Shown: in pieces, positions 27,739 through 32,000 of the stretch
How the letters are laid out: each line of letters opens with the position of its first letter
How positions within the stretch are numbered: the stretch's first letter is position 1
Source of the DNA: Isorropodon fossajaponicum endosymbiont JTNG4
Lineage (GTDB): Bacteria > Pseudomonadota > Gammaproteobacteria > PS1 > Pseudothioglobaceae
Reading direction: 5' to 3'
Length of the DNA stretch: 32,000 nt
Assembly (NCBI RefSeq): GCF_016592615.1
Contig: NZ_AP013043.1
Location: 870,001-902,000, forward strand
Made by a program: the position numbers and the translations under genes
The notes under the pieces: generated by a model
Seen by the model: only the letters and a program-made list of their open reading frames with translations
Database searches by the model: none
Told to the model about the DNA's origin: nothing

Positions 27739-28851
27739 TTACTTAGAAAATTTAGAAGTAATATTTTTTTGCACAGTACCTAGCACGGGTAAAGAGTTAT
27801 CATTCTTTAAAAGTTGTGCTGGATAGACTTTATTTAAAAAGTCCGCACTAATTTTAGCAATAGATAAAGCCTTTCTACTTGTGTTAAATTCCAATACAGG
27901 AAAGGTTTGAGTAATATTAACTTTAAATAACTTAGCCTCTTCAAGTGGCAAATCAATTGCAACTAATTTATTAAAATTACTTTTCTTAGAAGATAGATAT
28001 ACAAACATTTTTTGAGTATCGGCATTGTATATTGGGTTAGAAAAATAAGGAGCGCCGAGTACATTAATAATGCTCGTGTTAACAAAGTCTAAATAAACAT
28101 CTTCACTACGGCTTTGCCTTTGTTTTTTCTCATCAGAAAGAGAGGCATTATAAGAGTCCAATGCTTGATTATAAATAACCATTTTTTCCTTATGCCTCTG
28201 TTCTACAAGATAGTCCTTAACCTCAGTTTCTTTTTGGACTGAAATAACCCTTTTATCAAAAGCTTTACTGGTTTCAAATTCACGCTTGATTAAAGATAAT
28301 GCTTGCGGATTATACTTAATATTTTCAGGTGGTTTCATATTAAATAATGGCACGTCTGATTTTATTGAGAGCCATTTGTTTAACTTAAAATTAGCCTCTT
28401 CTACAATATACTCTAAAGGTGTTGTTATTTTTTTAAGCAGTTGAGAGGCTAATTTATTGTCTGAATTGTTATCAGAAAAACTACTTAAATAACTCTCAGC
28501 ACTTGATATATCACCACTATTATATAAACACAATGCGTATTCATAACCAACATAATACTTTTGTAAACACTCTTGTGCTTGAATGGTTAATTCCGTATAT
28601 CGAAAAGATGTAATCTTAGGTGTTGAAACACGCTTAACAACTAGAGTGTTTTTAGCAGTTGGAGAGGCTGCTACCACTTCTTTATTTAAGTCATTCTTTT
28701 TCTGCTTGCCACTATCGGCAGCAAAAAACAATTCTTTTTCACCACTTGATTTTAATTGATTGCTTTGGTTTGGCCAAATTTTACCAAAAGAGCACCCTGA
28801 AAGCATTGTGACAACTATACCCAACGCTAAAATATATTTAACTAAACTCAT
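27739..28851 (-). CDS. Orphan lipoprotein of unknown function within the T1SS operon
   Basis: 370 aa with a lipobox (VTMLSG-C at residue 20). It is Lys/Ser/Asn-rich and I recognise no domain. It ends 17 nt upstream of the ABC start, on the same strand. Confidence 0.6.
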   Translation of the reverse strand: MSLVKYILALGIVVTMLSGCSFGKIWPNQSNQLKSSGEKELFFAADSGKQKKNDLNKEVVAASPTAKNTLVVKRVSTPKITSFRYTELTIQAQECLQKYYVGYEYALCLYNSGDISSAESYLSSFSDNNSDNKLASQLLKKITTPLEYIVEEANFKLNKWLSIKSDVPLFNMKPPENIKYNPQALSLIKREFETSKAFDKRVISVQKETEVKDYLVEQRHKEKMVIYNQALDSYNASLSDEKKQRQSRSEDVYLDFVNTSIINVLGAPYFSNPIYNADTQKMFVYLSSKKSNFNKLVAIDLPLEEAKLFKVNITQTFPVLEFNTSRKALSIAKISADFLNKVYPAQLLKNDNSLPVLGTVQKNITSKFSK

Positions 28852-28989
28852 ATTCTTATCCGTATTATTTATAAATAAAAGCCACCAAAACGCGAGATGA
28901 ATTATAACGCCATAACACTCGTTGGTGTATTTTTTTCACCTCTACATTCATTTCAAAAACAAGTCTCTTTATTAGTGCTGCCTCCTGCG

Positions 28990-29364
28990 TCATATAATCT
29001 TTTTAGTGGACTGTCCGCTATTAAGAAGAGTTTTTGTATTTAATTTAATTTTAAATATTTTTTCACTAAGGTTTTTTTGATTTTCTTCGTCTTTCTTAAC
29101 GTTGTATATTTTGTCTTGAGTGCTTTTAGCACCTTTCAATTCAGCAATTTTATTAAGGTATTGATGCTGAGAGTTAACACTGTTTTTACGCCACACACTT
29201 TTACCAAAGGTATTGGATATGACTTTAACCACTTCATTTTGTTTTTTCTTGTAATTAATGTTTTTTCTTTTGATTGGTTTTTGTATGGTATTGCTTTGTT
29301 TTTTATCCCGCTCTTGCTTAATACTTATCTGCTCTTTTTGCGTAATGTCTCCTACTGGATTCAT
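28990..29364 (-). CDS. Lysine-rich hypothetical protein (possibly the 3' part of a broken larger gene)
   Basis: 124 aa, highly basic and low in complexity (about a quarter Lys), with no signal peptide. See the finding on adjacent open frames at 29365-29640. Confidence 0.3.
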   Translation of the reverse strand: MNPVGDITQKEQISIKQERDKKQSNTIQKPIKRKNINYKKKQNEVVKVISNTFGKSVWRKNSVNSQHQYLNKIAELKGAKSTQDKIYNVKKDEENQKNLSEKIFKIKLNTKTLLNSGQSTKKII

Positions 29365-29644
29365 TTTTGTTGTCTTTTTTGAATAGCAGCTTTAGTTAAT
29401 TTTTCACGACTAGGCTTTTCTTCTTTATCAAAAAAACTCTACAAATGTTACGAAATCTCTTTTCTTTAAAGACGATTTAAAGTTTTTAGTACTATCAATA
29501 TCAAAGTACCAGATAATTTTTTCTACTGGCTTTTCATCAGGTATGACAAAATTTAGCATTTTATCAATGACACTTTGCTCTTATTTAGGACTCATTGTCG
29601 GATGCCACAATATCTTATCTGTTCGATTAAATGCCAAACTTTCA

Positions 29645-30925
29645 TTAAAAGTTGTCCACAACGGCGCCAATATCTTCAACATAAACAAAAATACGCCAAT
29701 TGGCTAGTATTATCTCGCCGTAAACACTAGCCAATTGAGACTCCAATTGAGAAACCTCACGAATGGAGTTCATAACATCTTGCCATGTTTTTCTACCTGC
29801 CAAGAATTGTCGATAATAGGACTTTCGTACTTTTTCTGTATTGACCAGTGATGACTCAAGCAATGCTTTTTGTTTTTTCAAAGAGATGGAGGACATCCAA
29901 TCTAGCTCAATTTGCTGCGCGACTTTACTTTCTTCGTCTTTAATTTTTGCTTGTAGAGACTGATAGCGACTCTTAATTTGTCTAGTTTGTGAAAAATTAG
30001 ACAAGCCTGCACCAAAACTACTGTTAAATTCAATAAAAACACGATCTTCAGTCTTGGCATCTTTATCAAAAAAACTACCCCACTGGCGTTCCAATTTAAG
30101 ATTAACACCTGGATAAAGTTTGGCACGACTTTGATCTAGTTCAGCCTCAATCACCAAACTTTCCGCTCTAATTTGCTTAATTCTAGGATTGGTTAATAAT
30201 GCCTTTTTACTTAATTTAGCTTGACTAGTTTCAAACTTAACAATACTAAAGTCTCTAATTAAATCTTTTGGATCTAGCGAAGTGCCCAATAGTTCTTCCA
30301 AATTAAGCAGACTATTTTCATGTTGAATAATAGCCGAATTAAGACCTGCTTCTGCCTGAGTTAAACGTGAATTTGCCAAATTTAAATCACTACTAGAAGA
30401 CAAACCTTGTTTAATGCGACGCCTTAAACGGGCGCGTAATATGTCATGCTCCTCTTGACTCTTACTATACGACTTTTTTTTTAAATAACTGTCATACCAT
30501 TTACTATAAGCATAGATTACTTTTAAAGCCAAATCTTGCTGTGCAACCTTGGTTAATGCCTGAGCTGATAAAAGCTGAGCTCTTGATTTTGCCAAGCCTG
30601 CATCAATAGATCCACCCGCCCAAAGTGGTTGCGTTAAACTGATAACTGAAACACGACTATCACCATTTTTATAACTAAGGTCTGTACTAGAACTGTCAAC
30701 TTGGCTTACTGAAAACTTAGGGGTTGGAAAATATTGCCATTTAGCACTGGTAATCTCATTTTTAGCAGCTTCTTCTAAAAAAACATTACTTTTAATAGAG
30801 GGGTGATAGGTAATTGCCTTATTGATTAAATTAGATAAATTAAACCCACCTTTTGATTGCTCTTGTGCGCTCACACCGCCAAGGAAAAAGCCAAAAAATA
30901 ATAATAGAACTGTTCTTTTAATCAT
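29645..30925 (-). CDS. TolC-family type I secretion outer membrane protein
   Basis: The track ORF starts at a TTG at 30946. The ATG at 30925 gives MIKRTVLLLFFGFFLGGVSAQE, a signal peptide. The rest has TolC-like repeats (...AKNEITSAKWQYFPTP..., ...QPLWAGG..., alternating coiled regions). Confidence 0.8.
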   Translation of the reverse strand: MIKRTVLLLFFGFFLGGVSAQEQSKGGFNLSNLINKAITYHPSIKSNVFLEEAAKNEITSAKWQYFPTPKFSVSQVDSSSTDLSYKNGDSRVSVISLTQPLWAGGSIDAGLAKSRAQLLSAQALTKVAQQDLALKVIYAYSKWYDSYLKKKSYSKSQEEHDILRARLRRRIKQGLSSSSDLNLANSRLTQAEAGLNSAIIQHENSLLNLEELLGTSLDPKDLIRDFSIVKFETSQAKLSKKALLTNPRIKQIRAESLVIEAELDQSRAKLYPGVNLKLERQWGSFFDKDAKTEDRVFIEFNSSFGAGLSNFSQTRQIKSRYQSLQAKIKDEESKVAQQIELDWMSSISLKKQKALLESSLVNTEKVRKSYYRQFLAGRKTWQDVMNSIREVSQLESQLASVYGEIILANWRIFVYVEDIGAVVDNF

Positions 30926-30935
30926 TTTAACGGGT

Positions 30936-32000
30936 TTACAACACAATTAAATTATCTGCCTGCAAGTCGCTCAGGGTAATTGCCGTACTGCCTGTATTTT
31001 GCAAAGTAATAGAAATATCAGAAGCAAAAGTTCCACCACTGCCACTAGAATCACTGCCATTAGCATCAATATTTAAAGTAGTTGTGGTGCCTTTATCGTC
31101 ACTATCATAAACAACAGCACTGCTTTCAAGAACTTTCCACCTATCGATATCCAAAATATATTCTACTTTAGCACCTTTTTCAATGTTGCCGATTATTATC
31201 GTCTCATTACTGGTAATGCCGTCCGCACTATTTACACCAGTATCCTCTTTTGAGGTGAGCGTTAATCCCTCAACATTACCATCAAAAGTGATTAAATACG
31301 TATCTGATAACACACCTTGATTACCTACTTGGTCAATAATTCTTACCTTAAAACCATAATCTTTATTAGCCTTATTATCACCTGTAGTCAAAGTTGACAA
31401 TGTCACATCTTTCCAACCTTCCTCAATATCAGCTTCACTTAACTGTACATATTTGGAATGCGTATAACCTGTACCGTCATCTTTCATGAGCTGAATTCTA
31501 TCACCTTTTTCCGCAATAATATCGTTATCGCTATTCTTTAAAGAAATCCGAATGCTTGGCGTGCCATCGTTGGCTGTTTTGCCGCTGGCAAGGTTGTTAT
31601 TGTCAGGAGTGGGGCTAGTTGCTGCATTATCTGTAATAGCAAACTGAATGGCATTTTCACCTTCTTTTAAATCTATTGTCCAAGAAATGGCTAATGCTGT
31701 AACAGAACTGGTAGTAATATCAATCCAATTCTCTCCACCATCAATACCACCCCAAAGCTTTTCACTATCTAGTGCTTGTGTTAAAGTAGCTGTAATATCT
31801 TGAGATGTTGTTCTCGTAATATAATCTTCATCAGTGTCTCCATAAGCAGTATCGTCGCTAATATCGATATTACCAATTTGAGATTCAAAACTGCTAATGA
31901 AACTACTAGCCACATCTGCATTCTCATCCTGTTCATCTGATTTTTTCGCACCTGCAACTAAATCATTTGCTACATTTTGACTTAATTTACCATTGGTAAT
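30936..32000 (-). CDS. C-terminal ~354 aa of a large secreted Ig-like-repeat adhesin, the putative T1SS substrate; 5' end lies beyond the window
   Basis: The frame is open from 32000 with no stop; the track start at 31913 is only an internal GTG. It has acidic, Thr/Ser/Asp-rich Ig-like modules (DTGVNSADGITSNETIIIGNIEKGAKVEY; ...WIDITTSSV...WTIDLKEGENAIQFAITDNA) and an unstructured acidic C-terminal tail ending ...LSDLQADNLIVL. It lies immediately upstream of the T1SS genes. Confidence 0.7.
   Translation of the reverse strand: MTNGKLSQNVANDLVAGAKKSDEQDENADVASSFISSFESQIGNIDISDDTAYGDTDEDYITRTTSQDITATLTQALDSEKLWGGIDGGENWIDITTSSVTALAISWTIDLKEGENAIQFAITDNAATSPTPDNNNLASGKTANDGTPSIRISLKNSDNDIIAEKGDRIQLMKDDGTGYTHSKYVQLSEADIEEGWKDVTLSTLTTGDNKANKDYGFKVRIIDQVGNQGVLSDTYLITFDGNVEGLTLTSKEDTGVNSADGITSNETIIIGNIEKGAKVEYILDIDRWKVLESSAVVYDSDDKGTTTTLNIDANGSDSSGSGGTFASDISITLQNTGSTAITLSDLQADNLIVL

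Noticed and set aside
29077-29382. 101-aa + strand ORF opposite the lysine-rich ORF
   Set aside because: It is a Phe/Leu-rich complement of an A-rich coding or low-complexity strand, with no start context. It is considered a shadow ORF.
30936-31913. Treating the 325-aa track ORF as a complete small gene
   Set aside because: Its start is an internal GTG and the frame stays open upstream to position 32000. It is therefore the tail of a larger gene.
1-32000. CRISPR arrays, rRNA genes, prophage or defence-system signatures
   Set aside because: I noticed no regularly spaced short repeats, no rRNA-like sequence and no recognisable phage or defence gene products in any ORF translation. The only repeats are the ones listed above.

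Overview
This is an AT-rich segment (about mid-30s % GC by eye) of a gammaproteobacterial-type chromosome. All calls rest on my own reading of the sequence and the ORF track. No database search was possible.

(1) 1-22.4 kb holds tightly packed housekeeping genes, many with ATGA start/stop overlaps: panB, folK, trmD, dapE, ccmI, ccmF, serB, tRNA-Leu(UAG), a DUF2892-like membrane peptide, cysG, hda, a CDP-alcohol phosphatidyltransferase, purM, purN, a DUF3108-like protein, uvrA, pyrH, frr, cmoB, a His-rich ZnuA-like binding protein and bioC. A decayed ~1.3 kb IS3/IS911-like element with recognisable inverted repeats interrupts this block at 1572-2872. It has cut an alanine dehydrogenase gene down to a frameshifted 5' stub.

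(2) 22.2-23.8 kb is a scar zone. A perfect 240-bp tandem duplication of the bioC 3' end abuts a second decayed IS3-family element (IS407/IS2-like). That element is 3'-truncated and joined tail-to-tail to a truncated DUF2927-like gene.

(3) 23.8-32 kb is an accessory operon on the minus strand. It contains the C-terminus of a large Ig-like-repeat, apparently non-RTX type I secretion substrate that is still open at the window edge. Downstream follow a TolC-family outer membrane protein, a lysine-rich or broken ORF region, an orphan 370-aa lipoprotein, a T1SS ABC permease/ATPase, a HlyD-type membrane fusion protein and the DUF2927-like remnant.

The most interesting candidate is this T1SS island, where unrecognisable accessory genes sit between the OMP and ABC genes and several lesions indicate ongoing decay. 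The combination of features is consistent with a host-associated or symbiotic, SUP05-like sulfur-oxidising lineage. That assignment is a low-confidence inference.
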